64,000 nt of DNA from Spirochaetia bacterium (GTDB lineage: Bacteria > Spirochaetota > Spirochaetia > CADAEX01). The position numbers and the translations under genes are program-made. Of this stretch, positions 1 through 9,792 are shown piece by piece (within the stretch, counting starts at the first letter, position 1; the number at the start of each line of letters is the position of its first letter). Below the pieces are notes generated by a model that searched no databases, was not told the origin of the DNA, and was given only the letters and a program-made list of their open reading frames with translations. The stretch spans positions 127,287 to 191,286 of the forward strand of contig JAZURI010000001.1 of assembly GCA_045606105.1 (NCBI GenBank), read 5' to 3'.

Positions 1-484
1 CTGTGGAATAAGGATCAAGAAGCAGTGTTGAAAGTTCAACCTTGTCTGCATTGTTATATTTTTCTTGAAGCTTATGCATATCAGCAGCAACATCGTTGAA
101 ATGATTGACAGCTTCAGCCTTGTTTCCGGCATACAGCTTGATCATACCTGCATCTATGTTGTAGATGTCATCAGAACCGAGAGAATTTCTGTTTGTTTCT
201 TCGGAAAGAAGGCTATAAGCTTCTTCGTAGTTTCCGGCATTCATTGCCTCATTTATAGCTGCCAGGTAATCACCTGATTTTGCCTTCTTTGATTTGGCAG
301 TTTTTTTCTTATTTTTTTCCTTTGCTTTTTCTCCCTTTTTCTGTTCCTTTTCACTCTTCTTGTCCGCTTTTACGGTTTTTTCATTTTTTACTGTATCATT
401 CTGTACAGCACCCTTTGTTGTTCCGCATGATGCAAGAAATGTTGCACATAACAGAATCAGAAGTCCTCTTTTGATAAACTTCAT
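1..484 (-). CDS. Lipoprotein, probably COG3014/TPR-like partner of LpoB-family proteins (3' part runs off window)
   Basis: Read manually (not in ORF track): ATG at 484, MKFIKRGLLILLCATFLASCG lipobox, Lys-rich linker, frame appears open to window edge; follows LpoB-like gene. Confidence 0.7.
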   Translation of the reverse strand, partial: MKFIKRGLLILLCATFLASCGTTKGAVQNDTVKNEKTVKADKKSEKEQKKGEKAKEKNKKKTAKSKKAKSGDYLAAINEAMNAGNYEEAYSLLSEETNRNSLGSDDIYNIDAGMIKLYAGNKAEAVNHFNDVAADMHKLQEKYNNADKVELSTLLLDPYST

Positions 485-487
485 TTT

Positions 488-1117
488 TTAATCTCCTCTA
501 TTTTTTGATTTTTTGATTTTTTTCTTTACTTTCTTTTCAGAACCGATAACTTTCTTGATGTCCTTGTTTTCACCTTTCCAGATAAGTTCTCCGGTTTCAA
601 TGTCCACCATTTCAGCAAATACAAAATAGGTCTTGACAGCAATATTGATATCTGTATCCACAATAGTTTTTACAGAGCCGGTGAGGATAAGGTCGGGAAT
701 AAGCTCGTTTGCTGCTTCCTTCTGTTTTGTAGGATCAGACCATGAAGCCCGGGCAAATCTTTCTTCCCTTATCTCCTCTATTCTTTTTTTTGAAGCAATG
801 AATCTTGCCTTCCCTGAATTAAAAATTCCTGTTTCTATTCCCTCTGTAATAATTGAAGTATCAATGTATTCGTCGCTGTCATTTCTGAACTTACCGACTG
901 TAACAATCGGCCGTCGTCCCAGATCCTCTTTATAGCCTGAAAAACTGCCGGAATTAAGAGCCTGTTCGATAAGCCCTTCACCCACAATCCTTGCGTCCGA
1001 ATCATTCCAGTAACCGCTTGCATCCACCTGAAGATCTGCATCAACTCTTTCCACGGTTTTTGCATAACAGGGCATGATCAGAACTGAGATGAAAAATATG
1101 AAAGCCAGTTTTTTCAT
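488..1117 (-). CDS. Penicillin-binding protein activator LpoB family protein
   Basis: SGYWNDSDAR, GKFRNDSDEYIDT and EMVDIETGELIW motifs typical of spirochaete LpoB-family proteins. Confidence 0.75.
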   Translation of the reverse strand: MKKLAFIFFISVLIMPCYAKTVERVDADLQVDASGYWNDSDARIVGEGLIEQALNSGSFSGYKEDLGRRPIVTVGKFRNDSDEYIDTSIITEGIETGIFNSGKARFIASKKRIEEIREERFARASWSDPTKQKEAANELIPDLILTGSVKTIVDTDINIAVKTYFVFAEMVDIETGELIWKGENKDIKKVIGSEKKVKKKIKKSKNRGD

Positions 1118-1809
1118 TCTCTGGTTACCTTTCCATCCTTCATAAGCTCTGCCACAAGGGTATCTGCCATGTTTTCGGCCTGCTGTCTGTCACCTGATTC
1201 AAATTCGTTTACTATCTCATCGATAAGGCTGTTGATCTGTTTCTTGTAAAGTTCCTTGTTGATGGAATAGATCTGGATTACATGATATTCGTCTGTTACC
1301 TTGTCGGACTTGTTGTCAATAGTTCTCAGAAGAGTCCAATAGTCAGCCACTTTACGGAAGCCTGAAAATTCTGCCTTTGAAGCAACAGCTGTAATTGTCT
1401 TCTGGGTTTTTTCTCTATCTGAAAGAACTCCGCTGAACTTATTCATGGCAGCGGTGTGGAATGTGGCTGCAACTCCTGCATTGAAATCTGCATTTTCCAT
1501 CCAACTCTGAACCAGATCCAGATCCGGACCGTTATCCTGAACCTTGATTATGATATCTTCATGGCAGTCAAATTTTTCCTTGAATGAATCATAATTATCT
1601 TCAAGTACATCCATCAGCCACGCCGGCTGATCAAGTCCGAAAGCTTTGTTTTTATGATTGATTACAATAACCTTAGGAACATCCGGTCCGTCTGTGTTCC
1701 CAATATCTGTACCTTGTTGATTTCCGGTTGCTGCCGCACCTGTAGTAGCTCCGCATCCTGTCATGAAAAGAATAACAAGACAAAGAGCTGAGATGATAGC
1801 TTTTTTCAT
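1114..1809 (-). CDS. Lipoprotein (LPP20-like, uncertain)
   Basis: GGGAGAG RBS, MKKAIISALCLVILFMTGC lipobox; 4-bp ATGA overlap with next gene. Confidence 0.65.
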   Translation of the reverse strand: MKKAIISALCLVILFMTGCGATTGAAATGNQQGTDIGNTDGPDVPKVIVINHKNKAFGLDQPAWLMDVLEDNYDSFKEKFDCHEDIIIKVQDNGPDLDLVQSWMENADFNAGVAATFHTAAMNKFSGVLSDREKTQKTITAVASKAEFSGFRKVADYWTLLRTIDNKSDKVTDEYHVIQIYSINKELYKKQINSLIDEIVNEFESGDRQQAENMADTLVAELMKDGKVTRE

Positions 1810-1850
1810 TTTTCTCTCCCTTTGATACGCTAAATGAAGTATGGGCTTAA

Positions 1851-1879
1851 ATAATACCACCTGATAAGCGTGTTGTCAA
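1851..1879 (-). promoter_or_regulatory. Sigma70 promoter of lipoprotein operon
   Basis: TTGACA-17bp-TATTAT with TG extension. Confidence 0.65.
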
Positions 1880-1915
1880 CATAAAAGTACTTATTTTGAA
1901 GTATATTTAATTATA

Positions 1916-2320
1916 ATGGAAATCAATTTTCGAAAGAACCTAAGAAAAATTCTTGATGACAGGGATATTTCTGTTAAGGAATTGGCATCAATGACAGGAA
2001 TCTCAAAAAGAACCCTTGAAAATTACCTTGGGAGCAGAGAATCCATTCCCCCTGTTGATTATGGCTACAGAATAGCAAAGGTTTTGGATGTTACGGTTGA
2101 ATATCTCCTGACCGGAACAGATAAAAATACAATGAGGGAGGAATCCGCCAAAGCTGTCGCCTTTAAAAATCTTTTTAAAAAATTTAATTCTTCGGAAAGT
2201 ATGAATAATCTGTCAGAAGAGGACATGAAGGCAGTGAGTGATATTGTCAATATCATAATAAATGTCAAAAATACCACCAACCATGTCAGTGTGGATAATG
2301 TCGAGATAGAAAAACACTGA
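1916..2320 (+). CDS. XRE-family HTH transcriptional regulator
   Basis: N-terminal HTH_3: ISVKELASMTGISKRTLENYL...IAKVLDVTVEYLLTG. Confidence 0.85.
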   Translation: MEINFRKNLRKILDDRDISVKELASMTGISKRTLENYLGSRESIPPVDYGYRIAKVLDVTVEYLLTGTDKNTMREESAKAVAFKNLFKKFNSSESMNNLSEEDMKAVSDIVNIIINVKNTTNHVSVDNVEIEKH

Positions 2321-2322
2321 TT

Positions 2323-3807
2323 TCAGTTATTGTCGGGAATCCATTTTCCCCCGGATAATTTCATTCCGTACTGTGTTTCAAGATTCCATGCCAGCCCTTT
2401 CTGTGTGGCTCTTACCGCACGGGTAAAGTCGGTATCTTCGTGCTTGGCAAGATAAGTTTCGCAACATTCAAGCCCCGATGCAAGAATATTGTCCATCAGA
2501 AGCTTGGAGGCAATGAATCTCTCTTCCTTGTGAACGGCAAATATTATCATTGATTCCAGCAGACCTATGATTTCCCATGTAATCTGCTCGGTCTGGGAAT
2601 ACATTCCTATATCCTTGTGCTGGTCTATGAGGCGCACCGGCAGGGAATCAATTATCCTGTCCAGATTCTCCACCAGATATTCCAGATTAAAAAGTCCTGT
2701 GGCGCAGTTGAAAAGAATAGGCATTCCGGAAGCCTCGTGGGAGGCTACGAATTCCTTGGAAATAGCCCTTCCGATATCGCCGCAGTTAAGCCTTCCGTTT
2801 TTCTCCCTTACCAGGATTCCCCCCTTTACATCCACCGGAGTCTTAAAAGAGAAATCAAAGCTGGCATTTCTTTCCGAAAGAGCCAGGATTGCCACTTCTG
2901 CCGGAGAAACTGTAAAACCGATGTTATCCACATTTCCCAGATAGACAAACTTTTTTCCCTCAGCCAGAAGCTTTCTGTATGTATCCCTGAGCACCATGAA
3001 ATTCTGCCCGTGTCCTCCCGGAAGGGAATAGAAACTTCCGTCCTCCTTTCTGAAAAAGTCCAGAGGAAAGCCCTTGGATGTATGGGTAAATGCCGGAATA
3101 AGCGGCTGAACCGCTCCGAGCACCTCGGTTATATCCACGCCGGTTTCTTCTGAAAGATCCCTGATGCCGGGAAGCTCCCTGTAGGTTCTGTATTTATTGC
3201 GGAGAATGGTATCCGTGCTGTTGCTGGTCATCTGGAAAACGGAATTTCGGTATGCATCCGGTCCCTTGCCTGTTACAGCCATGGATTTCTTTATGGTAAG
3301 AAGAATGGATCTGAGCTTGAGGGCCATGAAATCGTAGCCCGGTGTACCGTCCGGGTTTATGTATGCCGGAGTTGCCCCTTTAGGAATGTTTCTTGCAGTA
3401 TCCGCAAGAGCCTCAAACTGTTTTTCCGCCTCTGCAAAAAGCTCCGGATTGAAGGCTGAATTGTTTTTTCTGTCGCAGTAGCTGGTGGCCATGCCGCCGT
3501 TGAGTACACCGTAGGAAAGGAACGGAATAAGATGAAGTCCTATCTTTTCCGCAGTCTCGAATCCTATATCCAGAGTATCTCCCTCTTTGCGTGCATCTGT
3601 CAGCAACTCTGTCGGAATTCCGTATTTTTTCAGGATTTCCTGCGCTTTAGTCCCGTTTATGTAATAATGAAGATTCTTGTGAAGTACAAAAATATCCTTG
3701 CCGTCGGGATGAGGCAGTGTATCTACATCAAGATGACTGATTCCCTCCGGTCGTGATGCGTTTACTGAGTCGAGAATTTTCTGACCAAGGTTCAGATCTG
3801 TTTCCAT
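2323..3807 (-). CDS. UTP--glucose-1-phosphate uridylyltransferase, UDPGP (eukaryote-like fold) family
   Basis: LNGGMATSY, PGGHG, GNVDN, KGG and FNCATG motifs; start placed at ATG 3807. Confidence 0.8.
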   Translation of the reverse strand: METDLNLGQKILDSVNASRPEGISHLDVDTLPHPDGKDIFVLHKNLHYYINGTKAQEILKKYGIPTELLTDARKEGDTLDIGFETAEKIGLHLIPFLSYGVLNGGMATSYCDRKNNSAFNPELFAEAEKQFEALADTARNIPKGATPAYINPDGTPGYDFMALKLRSILLTIKKSMAVTGKGPDAYRNSVFQMTSNSTDTILRNKYRTYRELPGIRDLSEETGVDITEVLGAVQPLIPAFTHTSKGFPLDFFRKEDGSFYSLPGGHGQNFMVLRDTYRKLLAEGKKFVYLGNVDNIGFTVSPAEVAILALSERNASFDFSFKTPVDVKGGILVREKNGRLNCGDIGRAISKEFVASHEASGMPILFNCATGLFNLEYLVENLDRIIDSLPVRLIDQHKDIGMYSQTEQITWEIIGLLESMIIFAVHKEERFIASKLLMDNILASGLECCETYLAKHEDTDFTRAVRATQKGLAWNLETQYGMKLSGGKWIPDNN

Positions 3808-3864
3808 GCTTTTAATATACAATATATTTCATTTTAAGACAATTATGCCGATATTTATAAGGAT

Positions 3865-5664
3865 ATGCTCAGAAAAACCTTACTTTTTTTATATATTCTT
3901 GTATTTTCCGTTTCATTGTATGCGGAGCCTGAAAAAATGATCCTGACTGAGGGAGGGATGCTTATTTCTGCCAACAGGGAGGGAATGATAAAGGTCTCCT
4001 ATGACGGCGGCGACAGCTGGACCGGTATCAGCCCAGGCCTGCCCGAAAAATATGTATATCCTTTTACAGAAAAGGAATACAGGGATATTTCATCGGTGTA
4101 TTATGATGAGGAAACCTCTGCCATGGCAGCCTGCGGTTCCGATTTTGTTGCATTCTGCGGTGCCGGCAGCTCCGGGTGGAAAACCATACCTGTAAAGGCA
4201 CCGGTAAAGGAAAGAGCCTATTTTTCCTCCGTTGCCCTGAAGCCTGCGGAAAACGGCTTTCTTATCATGGCCGGAACCAGCTGCGACGGCTTCTTCTGTA
4301 CCTCTGACATGGGCGAAACCTGGGAAATCTTCCCCAGCAACCGTTTTTACATAGGGGCCGGGTTCTATGAGGAGCTGACTGCCGTGTGTCCTGCAAAGGG
4401 GGAGGGACCCTACTCCTGGTATGCGGCAGCCGCTCCCGACAATCTTATCTACGGCTTTGATCCTGTAATACAGCGCTGGAGGCCGGTTCCTGTGCCTGAT
4501 GCTGTTTCTGCCCTTCCCATCCATTCATTGACCGATACAGGTGCCTCCCTGAAGGTTATTTCCGGCAGCGGTGTCTACGAATGCTCCTACGACGGCCTGG
4601 AATGGTACAGCCTTGACGGTGTGAAGCTGCCGTATATCAAGAAAAAGGTTAAAGCTGCTGCAACAGCCGAAAACAGGACCGGTATCTACCTGAGCTATGG
4701 CAGCGGCCGGGGAGAGAGACTGGACAGGCATATTGAATTTATCAAGGCCCGTGGCATGAATTCCCTGGTTATCGACCTGAAGGACGATTTCGGAAACATT
4801 ACCTGCGGTACCGGAAATCCTATGGCTGCAGAGGTGGGAACCGACAAGGAGTATTTTTCCCTGAAGGAGCTTCTGGAGAAGGCCCATGCCGAAGGAATCT
4901 ATGTCATCGGGCGTATTGTGGTTTTCAAGGATGAGAAGCTGTACAACCATGACAATTACCGTTATGCGGTACGGGATATGGATACCGGAGAGCCGTGGCG
5001 GCATATTGTTGGGGGAACCCAGAGGGAATACTGGGTGGATCCGTTCTGCAGCGATGTATGGGATTATAACATAGCCCTGGCTCAGGAGTTTGCAGCTGCA
5101 GGTATAGATGAGATACAGTTTGACTACATCCGTTTTCCTACCGACGGTAAAATAAGCCGTATCCATTATCCGTACAGGAAAGAGAGAATGTCCAATTCCG
5201 ATGCCCTGGAATCCTTCCTCAGAAAAGCCAGGGAGCATATAGCTATTCCTATCAGTGTGGATTTCTACGGCTTCAACGGCTGGAACAAGATAGAAAAGAA
5301 AAACGGCCAGAACCTGGATATGGTTGCCAGATATGTGGATGTGGTTTGTCCCATGTACTATCCGTCCCATTTCTCCGAAGATTTTCACAGGAACAGCTCC
5401 TATATGGAGTGGTCCGAATATATCTATCGCTCAGGTACCGAAAGGGCAGCTGAAATTGTCAGGGATACAGGCTGTATAATCCGTCCTTACGTACAGGCCT
5501 TTCTTGTGGGAAAGGAGCTGAAGATGGAAAAGGATGAGTATTATGAGTATTTCCTCAGGCAGATAAAAGGTTCCGAAGAGGGAATGGGCTCCGGCTACAC
5601 GTTATGGAATGCCTCAAACCGGTATTACATGGTGCCGGAGGATTTCAGAGCAGACTCTTTTTAA
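3865..5664 (+). CDS. Secreted putative glycoside hydrolase (DUF4015-like) with N-terminal BNR/propeller region
   Basis: Signal peptide; SYDGGDSW and SDMGETW Asp-boxes; VIDLKDDFG, WVDP, DEIQFDYIRFP, PMYYPSHF. Confidence 0.8.
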   Translation: MLRKTLLFLYILVFSVSLYAEPEKMILTEGGMLISANREGMIKVSYDGGDSWTGISPGLPEKYVYPFTEKEYRDISSVYYDEETSAMAACGSDFVAFCGAGSSGWKTIPVKAPVKERAYFSSVALKPAENGFLIMAGTSCDGFFCTSDMGETWEIFPSNRFYIGAGFYEELTAVCPAKGEGPYSWYAAAAPDNLIYGFDPVIQRWRPVPVPDAVSALPIHSLTDTGASLKVISGSGVYECSYDGLEWYSLDGVKLPYIKKKVKAAATAENRTGIYLSYGSGRGERLDRHIEFIKARGMNSLVIDLKDDFGNITCGTGNPMAAEVGTDKEYFSLKELLEKAHAEGIYVIGRIVVFKDEKLYNHDNYRYAVRDMDTGEPWRHIVGGTQREYWVDPFCSDVWDYNIALAQEFAAAGIDEIQFDYIRFPTDGKISRIHYPYRKERMSNSDALESFLRKAREHIAIPISVDFYGFNGWNKIEKKNGQNLDMVARYVDVVCPMYYPSHFSEDFHRNSSYMEWSEYIYRSGTERAAEIVRDTGCIIRPYVQAFLVGKELKMEKDEYYEYFLRQIKGSEEGMGSGYTLWNASNRYYMVPEDFRADSF

Positions 5665-7804
5665 GGGTGAAGAACGGAATGCATTTCTTGTTTTCCCCTT
5701 CGGCCCCGAAGCTGAAAGGCGGCTCCGCGTAACGAACTATTATCTCGACCGAGAATTCGGTATCCTTCGGAGTTGTTATTTCCATTTCAAAAGGCATAGG
5801 CTGATTCTGTCCGATACGGAACTTTATGTTGTTTCCCTCTGCCATATGAGGATATGTTGAATCAAGTACAAGAATCCTGTTTTCCGGATTCTTCGGAATA
5901 AGGGTAACAATCAGCTTGTCAGCCTTTCCTTCCGCATCGATTTTCAGCTTCACGGTTTTTCTTTCCAGGAAGTATCGTGTCTCTTCGGAGAAGCTTGCCT
6001 CGAACTCAGGCTTTTTGGTATCTATGGATATTCTTCTGTTATCGGTATTTATGTCAAACTGTTCATCTCCGTAATTAATCCTGAGGCTTCCGAGCTTGTA
6101 GCTGCTTTCAAGGAAAAGGGTTCCGGTATCCTTATCCGCATCTATCTCCTGATGTGCCCTGATTATCTGCAGGTTTTCCTTGCCGTAAGGAGAATAGGTG
6201 TAAATAAAGCGGACAGAAAGAATCGTGATGACAATTACCCCCACCAGGGCTGCAATTCTTGAAATCTTGTGCCTGAACTTCATCTTAGGCGGAAGAACAA
6301 AGAAAATTCTTATTCCCATGAAAATATACGGAAGCGAAATCATGGTTATGAGAAAATTGATGGTAGCTGATGAGAATATCAGGTCTCCCGCCAGATTGAT
6401 TGCCGGATAGAAAATTATTCCGTGGGTGGCCAGAATAAGGAAAGTTCCTGCCAGAACCATACAGAGAAATTTTATCCTTCGGCTTGAATGGAGTGTGAAG
6501 ACAAAAATCCAGAGCAGTCCCCAGATAAAATAGATTGCAAAGGAAAAGTCGATAAAAATGAATATCAGCAGGTCCAGGATTGCCGTAACCACTGCGCTTC
6601 CCGAATAGAAGCTTCCCAGGTTGGCTCTCTTGAGCTTCTTGAAGAACGGTGCAATGGCTGTCAGCAGCAGTACGCAGACCGTACATTTCAGTATGAATAT
6701 TTCGGGAATTATCTTCTGCCACTGCGATTCCAGATGGGTCAGTCTGAGAAATCCCACTATCAGATAGGTGGAAATGGAATAGAATATGAAGACTGTAAGG
6801 GCAGTCCACGGAATCAGATAGAAGTACTTGAATATTCTTTTCAGGTAAAGACCCGACTGTTTTGCATGGAATGTTATATAGAAAATAACGATGACCGATA
6901 CCGCCAGGAAGAAGAACAGGAGATAGGATTCCGAAATGACAGTATAGCCGTTGCTGAGCTTTACCACAAAATAGTTCTTACCGGAGCTGTCCCATGTAAC
7001 GGCAGTCTTTTCCGCAAAATCGGACATGCAGACTGAAAATCCGTCAAACCATTTGTCTGCATCGGGATGTGTGTCACCGGGGCTGCTGAGGAACATGAGG
7101 GCAGGAATATCTGCATCCAGATATGTATCCAGGGGCGATGGGGGAAGAATCATTCCCAGGTTGTAAAGGATATTCTGCTCTGCCCTGAGGCTGTAGTCCA
7201 GTCCCGATTTCAGAAGGGCATTGTTTATGTTCTTCACCATCCTGTACGGGGTGATTGCCCTGTTGTTGCCGGTCCTGAGTACAGTCTTTCCCGGTACCGA
7301 TGAGAAGTTGAAATATATTACAGAGCTTTTTTCATTGTATTCGTTCCTGATAAAGACATTGGTTCCGATGGGATGTCCTTCGGTTCTTCCGGTTTCGGCT
7401 CCCAGGAACAGTATCCTTACATCCTGCTCGGAGCTTCCGGCTGCAAAAAGCTTTGCCAGCTCCAGGGCTGCAGCCACATTTACCGCATTTCCCTTTTCCC
7501 CGTTCAGAGGGGCGGCGATTATCAGGTGGTTTTCGGAATTGCCCGGTATTCTTGCATATATGTTCTTTGAGAAAGAGTGACGGTCGGAAAGCACATCGAG
7601 AGGAACCTCGGAAAAGCTTATCCCTGCATCGGAAAGGCTCTGCTTGATATAGCCCCTCAGCAGGATCTCATTTTCGGAATTCTCTTCTGCAGGATAAAAT
7701 TTTTCCATCTCCGTCAGTGTGGAGGAAAAGCTGTGGGAGCCGGTATCTGCCCAGACCGGAATCAGCATGAGAAAAAATATTATCGATGCAAGAAGCTTCT
7801 TCAT
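5645..7804 (-). CDS. Membrane protein with degenerate M28-peptidase-like N-terminal domain
   Basis: NIYARIPG...IIAAP, LELAK...ILFLGAE pattern followed by about 8 TM segments. Confidence 0.6.
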   Translation of the reverse strand: MKKLLASIIFFLMLIPVWADTGSHSFSSTLTEMEKFYPAEENSENEILLRGYIKQSLSDAGISFSEVPLDVLSDRHSFSKNIYARIPGNSENHLIIAAPLNGEKGNAVNVAAALELAKLFAAGSSEQDVRILFLGAETGRTEGHPIGTNVFIRNEYNEKSSVIYFNFSSVPGKTVLRTGNNRAITPYRMVKNINNALLKSGLDYSLRAEQNILYNLGMILPPSPLDTYLDADIPALMFLSSPGDTHPDADKWFDGFSVCMSDFAEKTAVTWDSSGKNYFVVKLSNGYTVISESYLLFFFLAVSVIVIFYITFHAKQSGLYLKRIFKYFYLIPWTALTVFIFYSISTYLIVGFLRLTHLESQWQKIIPEIFILKCTVCVLLLTAIAPFFKKLKRANLGSFYSGSAVVTAILDLLIFIFIDFSFAIYFIWGLLWIFVFTLHSSRRIKFLCMVLAGTFLILATHGIIFYPAINLAGDLIFSSATINFLITMISLPYIFMGIRIFFVLPPKMKFRHKISRIAALVGVIVITILSVRFIYTYSPYGKENLQIIRAHQEIDADKDTGTLFLESSYKLGSLRINYGDEQFDINTDNRRISIDTKKPEFEASFSEETRYFLERKTVKLKIDAEGKADKLIVTLIPKNPENRILVLDSTYPHMAEGNNIKFRIGQNQPMPFEMEITTPKDTEFSVEIIVRYAEPPFSFGAEGENKKCIPFFTLKKSLL

Positions 7805-7893
7805 TTATATTAAGAATATTTTAACTGTTGTTTACAGTCAATAGAAAAAATTTACTTGTTGCCCGTTGATGTTTTTTATGTTATATCAGAAGT

Positions 7894-8226
7894 ATGCAGG
7901 TAAAAGATATTTCCAGAACCAGGATTTTCCGTTTCTCAGACAGAAGCAGTGCTTTTCTTGCTATCTTTACCTGTCTGGTTTTCTTTCTCTATGCCCTGGG
8001 CTCCTATCAGGATTTCCTGATTTTCTCCAGGATCCTCCTTCTCAGGATATGCCGTTTTTCATCAGTGACCCTTATTGGCTTTTCGTTTTTTTCCCTGGTG
8101 CAGATCTTTTTCTACGGCTCCATCAAAAAAGGCTTTTTCAGGGTAAAGCTTATCGAGCATATCATCTATCTTGTCATAGCCCTGCTGATGCTCTCCTTTT
8201 CCATGTTCATCATTTCCTTTGTCTGA
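7894..8226 (+). CDS. Small hypothetical membrane protein (3 TM)
   Basis: Hydrophobic 110-aa ORF filling the intergenic gap, with a promoter-like element directly upstream. Confidence 0.6.
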   Translation: MQVKDISRTRIFRFSDRSSAFLAIFTCLVFFLYALGSYQDFLIFSRILLLRICRFSSVTLIGFSFFSLVQIFFYGSIKKGFFRVKLIEHIIYLVIALLMLSFSMFIISFV

Positions 8227-9061
8227 CAAACAGCTTTGAAAGAAGAGTTGCTCCTATATATACCGTACCTGCCAATACTATGGTTATGGCTCCGTTTGGA
8301 AGGTTGAAGCTGTAGCTGAGAAAAAGTCCGGCTGATGAGAAAAATGCACAGAGAAGGGTAGCTGCAGTCATCATGTGGGAAAGCCTTTTTACTGCAGTTC
8401 CCGCTGTGGCTGCCGGTATTGTAAGGAAGGCCAGTGCCATTATTACCCCCACGAAGGAGACCATGAGAACCACGGTCAGCGCTATGAGTATATTCAGGAG
8501 AATATTGAAGAAAACCGTATTTATTCCCCTGACCCCGGCAAAGGTCTCGTCAAATGAGACGCCCTTCAGCAGGTTGTAATATCTGATTACCACAAAGACC
8601 ACTATCATATCCAGAACTGCGATGATAAGCAGATCCTTGCCGGAAAGCAGAAGTATGTTTCCGAAAAGATAGCTCATGGGGTCGGCATAGCTTCCCGAAA
8701 GGGAGATGCAGATGATTCCCACCGACATCCCCACTGCCCAAACAGCCCCTATCACGCTGTCCTTTCTTTCATTGCCGTATATTTCCACCAGGGAGATAAG
8801 CAGTGCCGCCAGTACAGCCGCAGCCAGCGCTCCGGTGATAGGGGAAATTCCGGTTCCCATTTTTTCATTGATATAGATTACTGCTCCGATTCCGCCCAGT
8901 GCCACATGACTGACTGCTCCCACTATGTAGGACATTCTCTTTACCACCACATAGGAGCCTATCATTCCGAAGGCGATACTTGAGAGAAGACCTGCCAGAA
9001 GGGCATATCTGATGAACGGAACAGCAGGGTCTGCTACAGCCGCAAGAAAATCAGTAAGCAT
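8210..9061 (-). CDS. znuB: Zn/Mn ABC transporter permease
   Basis: ABC-3 family: SHVALGG, SYLFGNIL. Confidence 0.85.
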   Translation of the reverse strand: MLTDFLAAVADPAVPFIRYALLAGLLSSIAFGMIGSYVVVKRMSYIVGAVSHVALGGIGAVIYINEKMGTGISPITGALAAAVLAALLISLVEIYGNERKDSVIGAVWAVGMSVGIICISLSGSYADPMSYLFGNILLLSGKDLLIIAVLDMIVVFVVIRYYNLLKGVSFDETFAGVRGINTVFFNILLNILIALTVVLMVSFVGVIMALAFLTIPAATAGTAVKRLSHMMTAATLLCAFFSSAGLFLSYSFNLPNGAITIVLAGTVYIGATLLSKLFVRQRK

Positions 9062-9791
9062 GGCCAGCCTCCTTTTCCTGAAGGTCTATGTCATGCCTTA
9101 CCATCTTGAAGATATCGTCTCCCACCGAAATCTCCTGGGTAGGATGCTCGTGGAAATGTCTGTTTATGCAGAAAATCCTGCTGCTGAAGGCTGTGGTGAA
9201 GGTGGTGTCGTGGGTTACCACTATGATGGTAAGCTTCTTGTTCAGCTCCTGGATAAGATTTGAAAGATAATCCCCCGAGGTTGCATCCAGGTTGTTGGTT
9301 GGCTCATCCATCAGCAGTATCTCCGGTTCTCCTGCCAGGGCCCTTGCTATCAGCACCCTCTGTCTCTGACCTCCCGAAAGGGCAGAAAAAGGATTGCTGC
9401 TTACATCCTCCAGACCGATATCCTTCAGTACCTTTGAAGCAATTTCCCTGTCCCGGTCGGTATAGCGGAAAAGTCCCTTCTTCATCCTTCCCGAAAGGAC
9501 GGTTTCAAATACTGTTATCGGAAATTTCGGATCGAAATGGGTATACTGGGGAACATAACCCATGACCGGTGTCCTGAGTCTTGCCGGATTCATTCCGTTT
9601 ATGAGTATGGTACCCGATTCAGGCTTCAGAAGCCCCAGCATAAGCTTCAGCAGAGTGGATTTACCGCCGCCGTTGGGTCCCGTTATTATTATTATTTCCT
9701 TGTCGTAGATATCAAAGGAAATATCCTCCAGCGTATAACCGGAATCATATCTGAAAGAAAGATTCCTTACTTCTATCCTTTTTTCCTTCAT
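9051..9791 (-). CDS. znuC: Zn/Mn ABC transporter ATP-binding protein
   Basis: GPNGGGKS, GYVPQ, LSGGQRQR, DEPT, VTHD. Confidence 0.85.
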   Translation of the reverse strand: MKEKRIEVRNLSFRYDSGYTLEDISFDIYDKEIIIITGPNGGGKSTLLKLMLGLLKPESGTILINGMNPARLRTPVMGYVPQYTHFDPKFPITVFETVLSGRMKKGLFRYTDRDREIASKVLKDIGLEDVSSNPFSALSGGQRQRVLIARALAGEPEILLMDEPTNNLDATSGDYLSNLIQELNKKLTIIVVTHDTTFTTAFSSRIFCINRHFHEHPTQEISVGDDIFKMVRHDIDLQEKEAGHAY

Positions 9792-9792
9792 T

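Noticed and set aside
65-491. Plus-strand Phe-rich ORFs at the window start
   Set aside because: They are the antisense of a Lys-rich minus-strand lipoprotein starting at 484.
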